From an uncultured cyanobacterium (GTDB taxonomy: Bacteria > Cyanobacteriota > Cyanobacteriia > Leptolyngbyales > Leptolyngbyaceae), in contig CAVYAN010000017.1 in the NCBI GenBank assembly GCA_963766075.1, forward strand, positions 101,727 through 165,726: DNA of 64,000 bases, written 5' to 3'. The translations under genes and the position numbers were made by a program. The notes beneath the pieces are model-generated. The model did not search any database. It had not been told where the DNA came from and was given only the letters and a program-made list of their open reading frames with translations. Of the stretch, positions 8,275 to 18,309 are shown in pieces. Every line of letters begins with the position of its first letter. Position 1 is the first letter of the stretch.

Positions 8275-9684
8275 TCAAATGGATTTGGAAAAGGTTTGGC
8301 TCGCACAATTGACCGAGCGATCGCGGAGATAGGCATCAAACATCGCAGCGATATTGCGAATCAATAGTCGGCCAATTGGCGTCACTTCAATGCCATCACT
8401 CCAGCGCTTGATCAAGCCATCGGCTTCGAGGACATCAAGTTGGGATAATTCTTGGGCAAAGTAGTCATTGAAATCGCAATCAAAGCCAAGGTGATACTTA
8501 GCCTCCAAATCCGCTACCGACACTTGAAATTGACACATCAGTTCCATAATCACGGTCCGCCGGATCAGGTCGTCCTGGCTGAGACGAACCCCTTTTTCAA
8601 TGGGTAACGCGTTGGCATCGATCGCCCGATAAAAGTCTTTCAGGCGCTTGTGGTTTTGACAATACACATCCTGCAACATACTGATAGAGGTCATGCCAAA
8701 GCCGAGCAAATCCGATTCTGGCTGAGTGGTGTAGCCTTGGAAGTTGCGATGCAGTTGTCCAGCCTGTTGCGCGATCGCCAATTCATCATTAGGCTTGGCA
8801 AAGTGGTCCATGCCAATAAACACATAGCCATTGTGGGTCAATTGGGCGATCGTGTTTTGCAGAATGGTGAGCTTTTCTGCCGCACTGGGCAAGGCAGCCT
8901 CTGGCATGCGTTTTTGGACGGGTTTCAGCCACGGCACATAGGCGAAATTGAAGACGGCAATGCGATCGGGATTTAATTGCAGAGTCTTCCCCACAGTTTC
9001 CTGAAACGTGGCTGCACTCTGGTGGGGCAAGCCATAGATCAAATCCACATTGACACTTTCAAACTGGGCTTCACGAATCCAATCCATGACCTCAAACAAC
9101 ATCGCCTCGGGCTGCACCCGATTGATCGCAGCCTGCACCTTAGGATTAAAATCTTGAATGCCAAAGCTAATCCGGTTGAAGCCTAATTGACGCAGAAATA
9201 GAATATAGTCGCGATCCACGTAGCGGGGATTAATTTCAATCGAGACTTCCGCTGATTCAGCCAGGTGAAAATAATGATTGAACTGGTTCCAAAGAAACTC
9301 CACCTGGTGCGGGTCTAAATAATTCGGTGTGCCACCACCCCAATGCAACTGATGCACCCGGCGATCGCCATCCACCAACTGAGCCACCTGCCGAATTTGG
9401 CGGGCCAGATAGCCTAAATAGGGTTCTGCAACTTCTTTGCGTTGGGTGATGATCGTGTTGCAGCCGCAGAAGTAACACGGCGTTTCACAGAATGGGATGT
9501 GACAGTAGAGCGATAAGGGGGTTTGCTTATGGTTACCGACGGCGATCGCGGTGGCAAAGGCGTTGGCATCAAAGTCTGTATTTAATTCTGTAGCCGGGGG
9601 ATAACTGGTGTAGCGTGGGACCGGCTGGTTGTATTGATTTAACAATGCGGCATCAAATTTAACCGTTTGGGCTAACTGTTTCAT
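8275..9684 (-). CDS. hemN: Oxygen-independent coproporphyrinogen III oxidase
   Basis: PRYTSYP, HIPFCETPCYFCGC radical SAM motif, GGGTP, RNFQGY. Confidence 0.95.
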   Translation of the reverse strand: MKQLAQTVKFDAALLNQYNQPVPRYTSYPPATELNTDFDANAFATAIAVGNHKQTPLSLYCHIPFCETPCYFCGCNTIITQRKEVAEPYLGYLARQIRQVAQLVDGDRRVHQLHWGGGTPNYLDPHQVEFLWNQFNHYFHLAESAEVSIEINPRYVDRDYILFLRQLGFNRISFGIQDFNPKVQAAINRVQPEAMLFEVMDWIREAQFESVNVDLIYGLPHQSAATFQETVGKTLQLNPDRIAVFNFAYVPWLKPVQKRMPEAALPSAAEKLTILQNTIAQLTHNGYVFIGMDHFAKPNDELAIAQQAGQLHRNFQGYTTQPESDLLGFGMTSISMLQDVYCQNHKRLKDFYRAIDANALPIEKGVRLSQDDLIRRTVIMELMCQFQVSVADLEAKYHLGFDCDFNDYFAQELSQLDVLEADGLIKRWSDGIEVTPIGRLLIRNIAAMFDAYLRDRSVNCASQTFSKSI

Positions 9685-9760
9685 GAATGGATGTTTCCTG
9701 CGAGTGTGGCCTGGGTTTAGAGTCCTGTAGGTTTAGAGTCTTGAACGAGTCAGTGGGGAT

Positions 9761-9819
9761 GCATAGCTTTGGAGCGCATAGCTTTGGAGCGTATAGTTTT
9801 GGAGCGCATAGCTAAAGCG
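9761..9819. repeat. 15-bp tandem repeat (GCATAGCTTTGGAGC, about 3.5 copies)
   Basis: Directly visible between hemN and ho2. Confidence 0.8.
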
Positions 9820-9934
9820 CCTAGCTAAAGGGAGGCGTAAGCGGCTGATCCACCTAGCTCTCCACCCTCTTCTCTCTTGGACAAGGGATAAATCTGGCAC
9901 CCCTTCCCTCTCAGGGAAGGGGTTGGGGTTAGAT

Positions 9935-10693
9935 CTAGGTCGCAACGGGTTCGCGCTCCGCCCCAGAAGCGCGGCCATGGGCATGATGCTCTGTGCTGCC
10001 GGGACGATCCTGCCGCGTGAGCAAATCGAAGGTATGCTCGCCGATCGCGGCCTTCACATCGGCTTCCAGTTCATGCACCACATCCCGGTTCAGCGCAAAG
10101 GCCGTATTGGCTTCGGCCACAATGCGTTCAATGGTGGTTGCGTCGATCGGGAGCTGATCCAGGGTTTGGCGATAGCGTTCCTTAAAGGCACGTCGAGCCT
10201 CCGGAGTCGCAATTTGGGCAAATTCATAGAACTCTGTGCCCTGGACCGTGGGCAAGGATAATGCAGCTCGAATCACATTCTTCAAGCTTTGCCCGCCGGA
10301 CAAATCTCCCATGTAGCGGGTGTAGGCATGGGCGATCAGCAGCACGGGATCGGTTGCCGAGAGGGCTTGAATGCGATCGCGATACACGACTCCCGCCGGC
10401 GAAGCTGTAATTTGCGACTGCCAAGTTTCTCCGTAATAAAAGGCGAGATCACGGGCTAAATTCTCAGTCCGGTTTAACTCTGGGAAATAAAGGGGACCGA
10501 GGATCGGATGGTTGCTGTGGCGCTGCAAAGCGGCTTCGAGGGTGCTGTAGACAAAATACAAATCGGCAAAGAGTTTCCGTAGGGGTTCCCGCTCCACAAT
10601 GCCTTTCACAAAGCATTTCATAAAGGCCGTGTTCTCTGCGGTGGTGTGGGAATGTTGGGTGCCTTCCCGTAGACAGGTTGATAGCGTAGTCAT
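9935..10693 (-). CDS. ho2: Heme oxygenase (HO2 type)
   Basis: LREGTQHSHTTAEN, HAYTRYMGDLSGGQ; position between acsF and hemN. Confidence 0.9.
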   Translation of the reverse strand: MTTLSTCLREGTQHSHTTAENTAFMKCFVKGIVEREPLRKLFADLYFVYSTLEAALQRHSNHPILGPLYFPELNRTENLARDLAFYYGETWQSQITASPAGVVYRDRIQALSATDPVLLIAHAYTRYMGDLSGGQSLKNVIRAALSLPTVQGTEFYEFAQIATPEARRAFKERYRQTLDQLPIDATTIERIVAEANTAFALNRDVVHELEADVKAAIGEHTFDLLTRQDRPGSTEHHAHGRASGAEREPVAT

Positions 10694-10704
10694 GATTACA
10701 TCTC

Positions 10705-11781
10705 CTAATGAATTGCAGTTCTGGAGTCTTCGGCATTAATTGAGGGCAGTAAATAAAGGCGCAACAACTGCCATGCAATCACCGCGATCCAGGGTAATTT
10801 TTGGAAAAATTTGATCACTGTAGGGTGCTGACTGTTAGCGATTTCCGCCAACTTTTGATTTGCGATCGCACACTGATCCAACCGGGTAAAAAATTCAGGA
10901 TGATTTGTATCTAAAATGCTGGGAAAGGCGCGTTGAGCGGTTTCATTGGTGTGCTGAATTACCTGTCGGTTATAGTCCTCGGGATCGATGCCAATCGAGT
11001 CATAAAATGAGGAGCGCTCCAAGACCGTCATCGTGTGGGTCGCAAACACCGTTAGCAGGAAAAAGCGCGCCCAGAGCTTGGATTGCCACGTGTTCCAGAG
11101 TTGGGGCTGCGATCGCAGCAACACTTTAAAGAAATCCCCATGGCGATTTTCATCCTGACACCAATTCTCAAAATAGCGAAACAAAGGATAAATCCGATGC
11201 TCGGGGTGTTTTTCGAGATGGCGGTAGACCAAAATATAGCGCCAGTAGCCAATTTTTTCCGATAAATAGACGGTGTAGATTACCCATTCCGGCGGAAAGA
11301 ACGTGTAGGTGCGATTTTTAGTTAAATAGCCCAGGTCGAGAGAGAGGCCAAAGTCTGCCATGGCCTTGTTCAAAAACCCGGCATGCCGCGCTTCATCCCG
11401 CGCCAGTAGATTAAATGCTTCAGACAGAATAGGATTGCGCGTCTTGAGCTTGCGGGAGAGTTCTTTGAACAGCAGAAAGCCCGAAAATTCCGAGGTGCAG
11501 GAGCGTTCGAGAAAATCAATAAACGATCGCCGGGTTTCGCCATCAATGTGTTCCCAGCATTGCTCAAACTCTTCATTGCGGACAAAATGGTAGCGGTTAT
11601 AGTCCGCGCGCAATTCTGCCATCACCGCTTCTAGTTCTGCCTGTTGTCCAGACAGATCCATCTGAGCCACAGCATCAAAATCTGTCGTGTAAAAACGTGG
11701 CGTTAATAGGGTTTCTTGAACAGGTGCTTTAATACCAGCGGACCGACCCGCTGACTGGGGTTGTGTAATTGAACTGACCAT
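10705..11781 (-). CDS. acsF: Mg-protoporphyrin IX monomethyl ester cyclase, low-oxygen paralog
   Basis: [23 protein letters not shown] di-iron motifs; start trimmed to MVSSIT. Confidence 0.95.
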   Translation of the reverse strand: MVSSITQPQSAGRSAGIKAPVQETLLTPRFYTTDFDAVAQMDLSGQQAELEAVMAELRADYNRYHFVRNEEFEQCWEHIDGETRRSFIDFLERSCTSEFSGFLLFKELSRKLKTRNPILSEAFNLLARDEARHAGFLNKAMADFGLSLDLGYLTKNRTYTFFPPEWVIYTVYLSEKIGYWRYILVYRHLEKHPEHRIYPLFRYFENWCQDENRHGDFFKVLLRSQPQLWNTWQSKLWARFFLLTVFATHTMTVLERSSFYDSIGIDPEDYNRQVIQHTNETAQRAFPSILDTNHPEFFTRLDQCAIANQKLAEIANSQHPTVIKFFQKLPWIAVIAWQLLRLYLLPSINAEDSRTAIH

Positions 11782-11869
11782 AGCGTGGATTGTTCGGAAT
11801 GGATAACTGTGCATTACTTTCCCTGAATCCGCGATCGCCCACAAGTCAGTTACCCCGGCCATCCCTTAG

Positions 11870-11883
11870 TTACGAATGGGAAA
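11870..11883. promoter_or_regulatory. Candidate ChlR binding site
   Basis: TTACG-AATG-GGAAA, one mismatch to the TTMCC-N4-GGWAA consensus, upstream of acsF. Confidence 0.4.
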
Positions 11884-12062
11884 GCATTCCGGGCAACTGG
11901 CGATTAGGGGCATTTCTAAAGAAATATTGAAATTCTGGTTTTGCCTATCCAAAGAACGTTACAACGATTCTACAGATCCAACTCGGCTGGAAATGGCGCG
12001 TTGTGCTGGTGCGATCGCGCTACCATCTATGCCTGAAATATCCCCTGAAATATCCTCAGTGA

Positions 12063-12437
12063 ATGGAGTTTATGCTGGAAGCCAACCCGTGCTTAGACGT
12101 GAAATGTCCCATTCAATTTGTTGTGGATTTGTTGGACAATAAATGGTCAATTTTAGTGCTCCGGGAATTGTTTGGGGGCGATCGCCGGACCCATGAATTG
12201 CTCTCGGCGCTTCCGGGCATCAGTACCAAAACCCTGACCCAACGCCTTCGCGAGATGGAGATGCAAGGGCTAGTGGAGCGGCGAGTCTATGCCGAGGTGC
12301 CGCCACGGGTGGAATACTCCCTAACGGTGAAGGGTCGCCAAATTCAGCCCGTTATGGCAGCGCTGCACCAGGTGGGGTCACAGTGGCTAGAGCAGGAATT
12401 ATGCGTTTGCCCCCTGACCACCCTGGATGCAGGCTAG
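12063..12437 (+). CDS. chlR: HxlR/MarR-type low-oxygen activator, ChlR-like
   Basis: CPI..KWS..ISTKTLTQRLREME..VPPRVEYSLT winged HTH; two N-terminal Cys plus C-terminal CVC; divergent from the acsF-ho2-hemN operon. Confidence 0.75.
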   Translation: MEFMLEANPCLDVKCPIQFVVDLLDNKWSILVLRELFGGDRRTHELLSALPGISTKTLTQRLREMEMQGLVERRVYAEVPPRVEYSLTVKGRQIQPVMAALHQVGSQWLEQELCVCPLTTLDAG

Positions 12438-12580
12438 CGCCAAGGCCGATGACCGGTGCCCCGTGGCCGCCCGTGCACCTGGGGAACGCACCCGTGCGCC
12501 GATGGCCAACTATCCCACAGGCCCAACTATTCCACAGAGGAAAATAAGTAGAATTGACTGCGCGATAGAAGCACACTATA

Positions 12581-12600
12581 GTTGAGAATATATTGCAATA
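12581..12600. promoter_or_regulatory. Fur-box-like operator
   Basis: GTTGAGAATATATTGCAATA imperfect palindrome just upstream of feoA. Confidence 0.6.
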
Positions 12601-12642
12601 CAGTGCACTCTATCCTCATCACTCTCCTATCTTTATCGCTCT

Positions 12643-12939
12643 ATGTCCAATGCTCTCTCTACGCCCATGGCTGAGGCTTCCCTTAACGATCTCAAGCCGG
12701 GGCAGTCGGCCACTATCCTAGCCCTCCATATAGACGCTCGCCTGCAACACCGCTTCTGTGCGTTGGGGTTGCGCTGTGGGCAAGAAATCCAGATGCTGCG
12801 TCAGGGGCAGATGAAGGGGCCGCTGCATGTGCGGGTGGGGATGACAGAAGTGATGCTGCGTCGCTGTGATGCCCGCCGAATTTCCATTGTGGCTGTTCCT
12901 ATCACGGTTTCTGCCGCCACCGTTGCAGGAGTCGCATGA
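12643..12939 (+). CDS. feoA: Ferrous iron transport protein A
   Basis: LNDLKPGQSA..ALGLRCG..GPLHVRVG; overlaps feoB. Confidence 0.9.
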   Translation: MSNALSTPMAEASLNDLKPGQSATILALHIDARLQHRFCALGLRCGQEIQMLRQGQMKGPLHVRVGMTEVMLRRCDARRISIVAVPITVSAATVAGVA

Positions 12940-14729
12940 GACAGATTGCGGTTCTGGGAATGCCCAACACGGGTAAATCAACCTTTTTTAACCGAATTAC
13001 CGGCTCCCATGCCCACATTGGCAATTGGCCTGGGATTACCGTTGATCTGATGATGGCAGAGGTGAAACTGGGCGACGAAGTCGCTGAAGTGGTCGATTTG
13101 CCCGGAATTTATGACCTGCGCGGGTTTTCGGAGGATGAAGCCGTTGTGCGGTGTTTTCTAGAGAAAACGCCGCTCGATTTAGTTCTAATTATTCTCAATA
13201 CCACTCAGATCGATCGCCAAATGATATTGCCCCTGCAGGTGCAGCAATTGGGCCTGCCTGCCGTGATTTTGCTCAATATGGCTGATGAAGCACGGCGCTT
13301 TGGGGTGCAGGTAGAACCGGATGTTCTGGCCCAGCGTTTAGGCATGCCGGTGCTGCCCATCAGTGCTAAGTACGGCATGGGCTATCCTGCGGCGATCGCC
13401 ACCATCACCACTTGGCTACAGCAGCACCACGGCTTGAGTCAGGTTGAAGGACTGGAATCCCGGTTACTGAGTGATCAACAACTGGCGGATGATCTCAAAG
13501 GCATCCTGGCGGGGGCTGTCCACATGCCTCTGCGGCTGTCGGATCGGTGGACGAGTGGGTTAGATCGCATTTTGCTGCATCCGGTACTGGGGCTGCCGAT
13601 TTTTTTTGGAATCATGTACCTGATTTTCCAGGCCATTTACGCCCTTGGTGCTCCGCTGCAAGCTCTAATGGGAGCGGGTCTGGACTGGATCAAGATCAAT
13701 GCCTTAATCCCAGTGCTGTCCCCCTTGCCTGCCTTTCTCAAAGGGTTTCTGATCGATGGGCTGTATGAGGGCATCGGCACTGTGGCGGCGTTCCTCCCGG
13801 TGATCTTCCTCTTTTTTCTGTGTATGGCGATCGTGGAGGATAGCGGTTATCTTTCGCGATCGGCGTTTTTGATGGACGCCTTGATGGAACGCTTGGGATT
13901 GGATGGACGATCCTTTGTGATGGCACTCATGGGATTTGGCTGCAACGTTCCGGCGATTTTGGGGACACGGGTGATGCGATCGCCCGGACTGCGGATGCTG
14001 TCGATGCTGGTGATTCCGTTTTCCCTGTGCTCCGCCCGGTTAAACGTCTTTCTATTTATGTCCACGGCGCTGTTTGCGCCAGCCCAAGCGTCCACGGTTA
14101 TCTTCAGCCTCTATCTCCTCAGTTTTGCGGCAGCCCTGTTGACGGCAACCTTGTTCAAGGGCAAATTTCCCAGCGAAGAACCCTTGGTGCTGGAACTGCC
14201 ACCCTATCGGTTTCCCACGATCAAACAAATGCTGGTGCGGGCCTGGTGCGAGGTGAAGCACTTCTGGTTTTGGTCGCGGCGCTTCATCATTTTTGGCGTG
14301 ATTGCCATCTGGCTGCTCAATAACTTGCCCATGAATGTGCCCCCGGCCAGTGCCCAAACGCTGTCGGGTATGATTGGGCAAGCTTTACAGCCCGTGTTTG
14401 CACCGCTCGGTATCAACCCGCAGCTCACCGTCGCCCTGTTTTTTGGCTTTATTGCCAAAGAGATTGTCTTGGGCGGACTAGCGGTGATTTACGGCCAGCC
14501 CGAAGGCGGTGATTTAGCCGGGGCGATCGCCCACCAGATTGATTGGGTTCAAGCCTACAGTTTTATGCTGTTTACATTGCTGTATGTGCCCTGCTTATCT
14601 ACTGTGGCCGTGCTCAAGAGTGAATCCAAAAGCGTCAAATTTGCGCTGTTCTCGGTGGGTTGGTCACTCGTACTGGCTTGGCTAGCAAGTTTTATTTTTT
14701 ACCAAGGGGCCAGGGCCTTTGGGTTTTAA
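12936..14729 (+). CDS. feoB: Ferrous iron transporter B
   Basis: GMPNTGKS, NWPGITVD, DLPG, GFGCNVPA, LYVPC. Confidence 0.95.
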   Translation: MRQIAVLGMPNTGKSTFFNRITGSHAHIGNWPGITVDLMMAEVKLGDEVAEVVDLPGIYDLRGFSEDEAVVRCFLEKTPLDLVLIILNTTQIDRQMILPLQVQQLGLPAVILLNMADEARRFGVQVEPDVLAQRLGMPVLPISAKYGMGYPAAIATITTWLQQHHGLSQVEGLESRLLSDQQLADDLKGILAGAVHMPLRLSDRWTSGLDRILLHPVLGLPIFFGIMYLIFQAIYALGAPLQALMGAGLDWIKINALIPVLSPLPAFLKGFLIDGLYEGIGTVAAFLPVIFLFFLCMAIVEDSGYLSRSAFLMDALMERLGLDGRSFVMALMGFGCNVPAILGTRVMRSPGLRMLSMLVIPFSLCSARLNVFLFMSTALFAPAQASTVIFSLYLLSFAAALLTATLFKGKFPSEEPLVLELPPYRFPTIKQMLVRAWCEVKHFWFWSRRFIIFGVIAIWLLNNLPMNVPPASAQTLSGMIGQALQPVFAPLGINPQLTVALFFGFIAKEIVLGGLAVIYGQPEGGDLAGAIAHQIDWVQAYSFMLFTLLYVPCLSTVAVLKSESKSVKFALFSVGWSLVLAWLASFIFYQGARAFGF

Positions 14730-14826
14730 TGGCGTTGCTCCAGCGTTTACCCGGGCTAGGGTTTGAGCGCATAGCGCCGGCACGAGATCCATTGGCTAGT
14801 GAACTCCGGCTAGCATCATCGCCGCG

Positions 14827-15510
14827 TCAGAGCAATCCTCGTTTTTTTAACTGAACCAGGGCATTTTCAGCGGCCTGCTTTTCCGCCTCTTTCTTGCTGC
14901 GCCCTTTCCCTTCGCCGTAAAGTTTACCGTTTGCGTAAACCCGAGCCATAAACTCTGGCGCATGATCTGTGCCCCCTAATTTCTCGGTAACGTACTTTGG
15001 GGGCGTAGTGGCTCCCTGGGCCTGGGCAAATTCCTGAAACTTATTTTTCGAGTCTAGGGTTGAGCGTGCCACCATGACTCCGGACGGCACCGAGTCAAAG
15101 AGTTGGTGGACTGAAGGCCGCAGGGCTTCAATATTGCGATTGTTGTCTAAATAGTAGGCTCCAATCACGGCTTCAAAGGTGCTACTCAGAAGATTTGGAT
15201 TTTGAAAACCGCCATCCCGAATCGCCCCTTGTCCCAGGCGCATTCTGAAATCTAATCCCACTTCAGTCGCAAATCGGGCCAGTTGCTTTTCATCGACAAG
15301 CGCGGCGCGGCGGCGAGTCATTTCATCTTCTGCCAATTCAGGATACATTTGATACAGGTATTCGCCACTGATGAAGTTGAGAATGGCATCGCCCAAAAAC
15401 TCGAGGCGCTCATTATCGCCACCGGCTCCTGGGTTTTCGTTGATATAGGAGCGGTGCGTCAGCAATCGCCGGAGTAGCGTCTCATCCTTAAACATCAAGA
15501 GTTTATGCAT
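14827..15510 (-). CDS. rnc: Ribonuclease III
   Basis: NERLEFLGDA signature plus C-terminal dsRBD; start trimmed to MHKLL. Confidence 0.95.
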   Translation of the reverse strand: MHKLLMFKDETLLRRLLTHRSYINENPGAGGDNERLEFLGDAILNFISGEYLYQMYPELAEDEMTRRRAALVDEKQLARFATEVGLDFRMRLGQGAIRDGGFQNPNLLSSTFEAVIGAYYLDNNRNIEALRPSVHQLFDSVPSGVMVARSTLDSKNKFQEFAQAQGATTPPKYVTEKLGGTDHAPEFMARVYANGKLYGEGKGRSKKEAEKQAAENALVQLKKRGLL

Positions 15511-15657
15511 TTTGGATAGCCGCATCAAGCGGGACAGGTTGGCGTTGGCCTCCCAGAGACTCCAGACTGCTAACAGCTCCGACTCAGTGCCCCCACCGGA
15601 AACCCCAGCCTTCCGATGAAGTGCCGGGGCCAACCGTCATCGGGATGTGAGGCCCGT

Positions 15658-16029
15658 TTAGTAAAACCCGTCCAAATCCAACGCTTGGGAACCGCCTTCC
15701 TGAAGCTGGATCAAGATTTTGCCCAACTGTGCCCAGACCAACCAGCCCACCACCGTTGTCATTGGAATCGACAGCGCATAGGCGAACTGGGTCGGTAGGC
15801 CGAAAATTTCCACCCCAGCGGCCAGAAACACCGCCGACCCAATCGCAATTCCCACAAAGGGGACAAACAGTTGCATGCCGCGCAGATTAGCCAGGGTGCG
15901 CGTGGAACGATTTTTTTGCCAGTCCCGCACCGATTGTTTCAACACAGCTTCAAAGGCGGCACCAGAAGCCAAGCTCACCAGCAAACTGGCCAGCAGTAAA
16001 AAATAAGGCGGATCGGAGGGATAGTACAC
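15658..16029 (-). CDS. Conserved cyanobacterial membrane protein
   Basis: Three hydrophobic segments; co-oriented between the ABC1 kinase and rnc. Confidence 0.7.
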   Translation of the reverse strand: MYYPSDPPYFLLLASLLVSLASGAAFEAVLKQSVRDWQKNRSTRTLANLRGMQLFVPFVGIAIGSAVFLAAGVEIFGLPTQFAYALSIPMTTVVGWLVWAQLGKILIQLQEGGSQALDLDGFY

Positions 16030-16058
16030 AGCAAAACCTCAATAAATGAACGGAACGC

Positions 16059-17783
16059 TTAAGAGCGCTTCATAAAGCTTAATGCTGATGGTATCAGAGC
16101 GGCAGTGCCTGTGGTGGAAAATTCGGCTAGGGCTTCCCACGCCGCCGAAATCAGCCGATCCGGTTTAATCTCGGACTTGACCAGATCCCAGAGGCGCTGG
16201 ACCTCTTCCGTATGGAGGCGATCGTCTTCCGTCAGGGCAATGAGGATTTCGCGCCGAATAAACTTGCCTTCGTCGGACATCAAGAACTGGATCCCGAGCT
16301 GGGCGCTGGGCAGCAGGTCAAAATTATTATTGGTGCGGGCGATCGCAATCAAATTCTCTAGCCGCTGCCACTGGAATCGATCATCTTTGAACAGAACCGC
16401 CAACAACCGCCGCCGCAACTGGGGCGATTCGCCCGTTAGGAGGCGGCGCGCCACATAGGGATAAGCCACTTCCACAATCTTGAAACTGGAATTCAGGGTC
16501 AGGGCCAAGCCTTCCTGAGTCACCAGCGATCGAATAATCAGGGCAAACTTTGCGGGCAGGCGGAAAGGATACTCGTACATCAACTCTGAGAAGCGATCGG
16601 TAATCGTCTTAAAATTGAAATCCTGCACACTTTCGCCCATCACATCGCCCAGCACGGACTCCAGAGCAGGCACGATAGGCTGAATATCAGTCTCCGGAGT
16701 CAGAAAGCCCAGCTTGACAAAATCCGCCGCCAGATCCAAATAGTCCTTATTAATTAGATCCACGACCGCATCCACCAGCGTCTCTTTAGCAGGCTCCTCC
16801 AACTGGTCCATCATGCCAAAGTCGATATACGCCATCTGAGCGCGCGGCGTGCCATCGGCATTTTTCGCCGCGACTGCAAACAAATTGCCGGGATGGGGGT
16901 CGGCATGGAAGAAACCATGCTCCAGCAATTGTTGCAATCCAGAAGTCACCCCAATTTCGATCAGTTCGTCCTGATTCAAGCCCAGGGCCGCAATGCCCGC
17001 CGCATCTGTCAGCTTCACTCCGTCAATCCATTCCAGGGTGAGGGTCCGCTTGCCACAATAGCGCCAGTAAATAGCGGGCACCTTTACCCGAGGGTCGTCG
17101 CGGAAGTTGGTGGCAAATTTCTCAGCATTGCGCCCTTCGTTGAGATAGTCCACCTCCTCGAACAGCTTGGTGCCAAATTCATCCACCACCAAGGTTAAAT
17201 CATGTCCCAAATTCAGCGGCAGCCAGGGCACCATCCAGCTCGCCGCCCAGCGCATCAGGTATAAATCAAGGGTAATCACGGGCATCAGGTTGGGACGTTG
17301 CACCTTGACGGCCACCGCCTCACCCGAATAAAGCCGCGCCTTGTAAACCTGACCGAGGCTGGCTGCCGCCACCGGTTGGGGAGAGATTTCGCAATAGACT
17401 TCATCCACCGATCGCCCCAGTTCCCGCAAAATAATCGCGTGGGCTACATCATTACTAAAGGGGGGCAACTGGTCTTGGAGCCGGACGAGCTCTTCCAGAA
17501 AATCTTTGCGCACGAGGTCGGGGCGGGTGGACAGGGCTTGTCCGACCTTGATGAAGGTAGGTCCGAGGCCAATCAAAATTTTACGCAACTGGTCGGCGCG
17601 GTGGCGCTGCTTTTCCGGGGTTTGGCCCCACAGGTCATCGAGCTTCAAGCCGATCGCAAAACTGAGGAATGAAAAAACAATACGCAGAGCGCGAAAAAAC
17701 GCTTGCCAGGGACGAAGGCTATAGTAACGGGCGATCGCCCAGGCATCGTAACGCTTTAACGCTTCTAAAGGATGTTGACCCAC
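16059..17783 (-). CDS. ABC1/UbiB (AarF) atypical kinase
   Basis: LGPTFIKVGQALSTRPD, AAASLGQVY, VAVKVQRP, FFHADPHPGN, DFGM. Confidence 0.95.
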   Translation of the reverse strand: MGQHPLEALKRYDAWAIARYYSLRPWQAFFRALRIVFSFLSFAIGLKLDDLWGQTPEKQRHRADQLRKILIGLGPTFIKVGQALSTRPDLVRKDFLEELVRLQDQLPPFSNDVAHAIILRELGRSVDEVYCEISPQPVAAASLGQVYKARLYSGEAVAVKVQRPNLMPVITLDLYLMRWAASWMVPWLPLNLGHDLTLVVDEFGTKLFEEVDYLNEGRNAEKFATNFRDDPRVKVPAIYWRYCGKRTLTLEWIDGVKLTDAAGIAALGLNQDELIEIGVTSGLQQLLEHGFFHADPHPGNLFAVAAKNADGTPRAQMAYIDFGMMDQLEEPAKETLVDAVVDLINKDYLDLAADFVKLGFLTPETDIQPIVPALESVLGDVMGESVQDFNFKTITDRFSELMYEYPFRLPAKFALIIRSLVTQEGLALTLNSSFKIVEVAYPYVARRLLTGESPQLRRRLLAVLFKDDRFQWQRLENLIAIARTNNNFDLLPSAQLGIQFLMSDEGKFIRREILIALTEDDRLHTEEVQRLWDLVKSEIKPDRLISAAWEALAEFSTTGTAALIPSALSFMKRS

Positions 17784-18309
17784 GCTGACCTTAACCTCTC
17801 AGACGAACAATGACGCATCAGGGGAAGACAGTCCGGACGACTTTAGGATGGGGCCACACCACCAACCTGAGCGTGATCACCCGTTAGGTTTGAGCCCGAT
17901 CGCCGCCTGACAACCCTCACCGCTTGAGAATTCCAGACCACGCGGGCTAACCTGCTGCGGCCCTCCGAAAAATCAACGAGAGCGACGCACCTTCCCAACT
18001 CAACAACACCGGAAAATTCTCGTTGCTTTATTCAGCTTAACTATAGTATAGAAAACTACAAAGATTCCAGTCATAGAAGCGATGCAAATCACGGTTTATG
18101 CCGATTTGCCGCCGAGCTTATCCTAGCGAGAATTTAGACAAACCGTTGCAATTCCTGGGTTAGAACTGCATTGCGAAAAAATGCGGAACATGTTGATACA
18201 ACTACAAAAAGCAGAAAACCTTTACATTTGGCGATCGCATGGCAATTCCCACACCATGCTACCCCTCAAGAACTAAGCTTAGAGTGCCCAGCTTACCTTT
18301 GCTCTGCCC

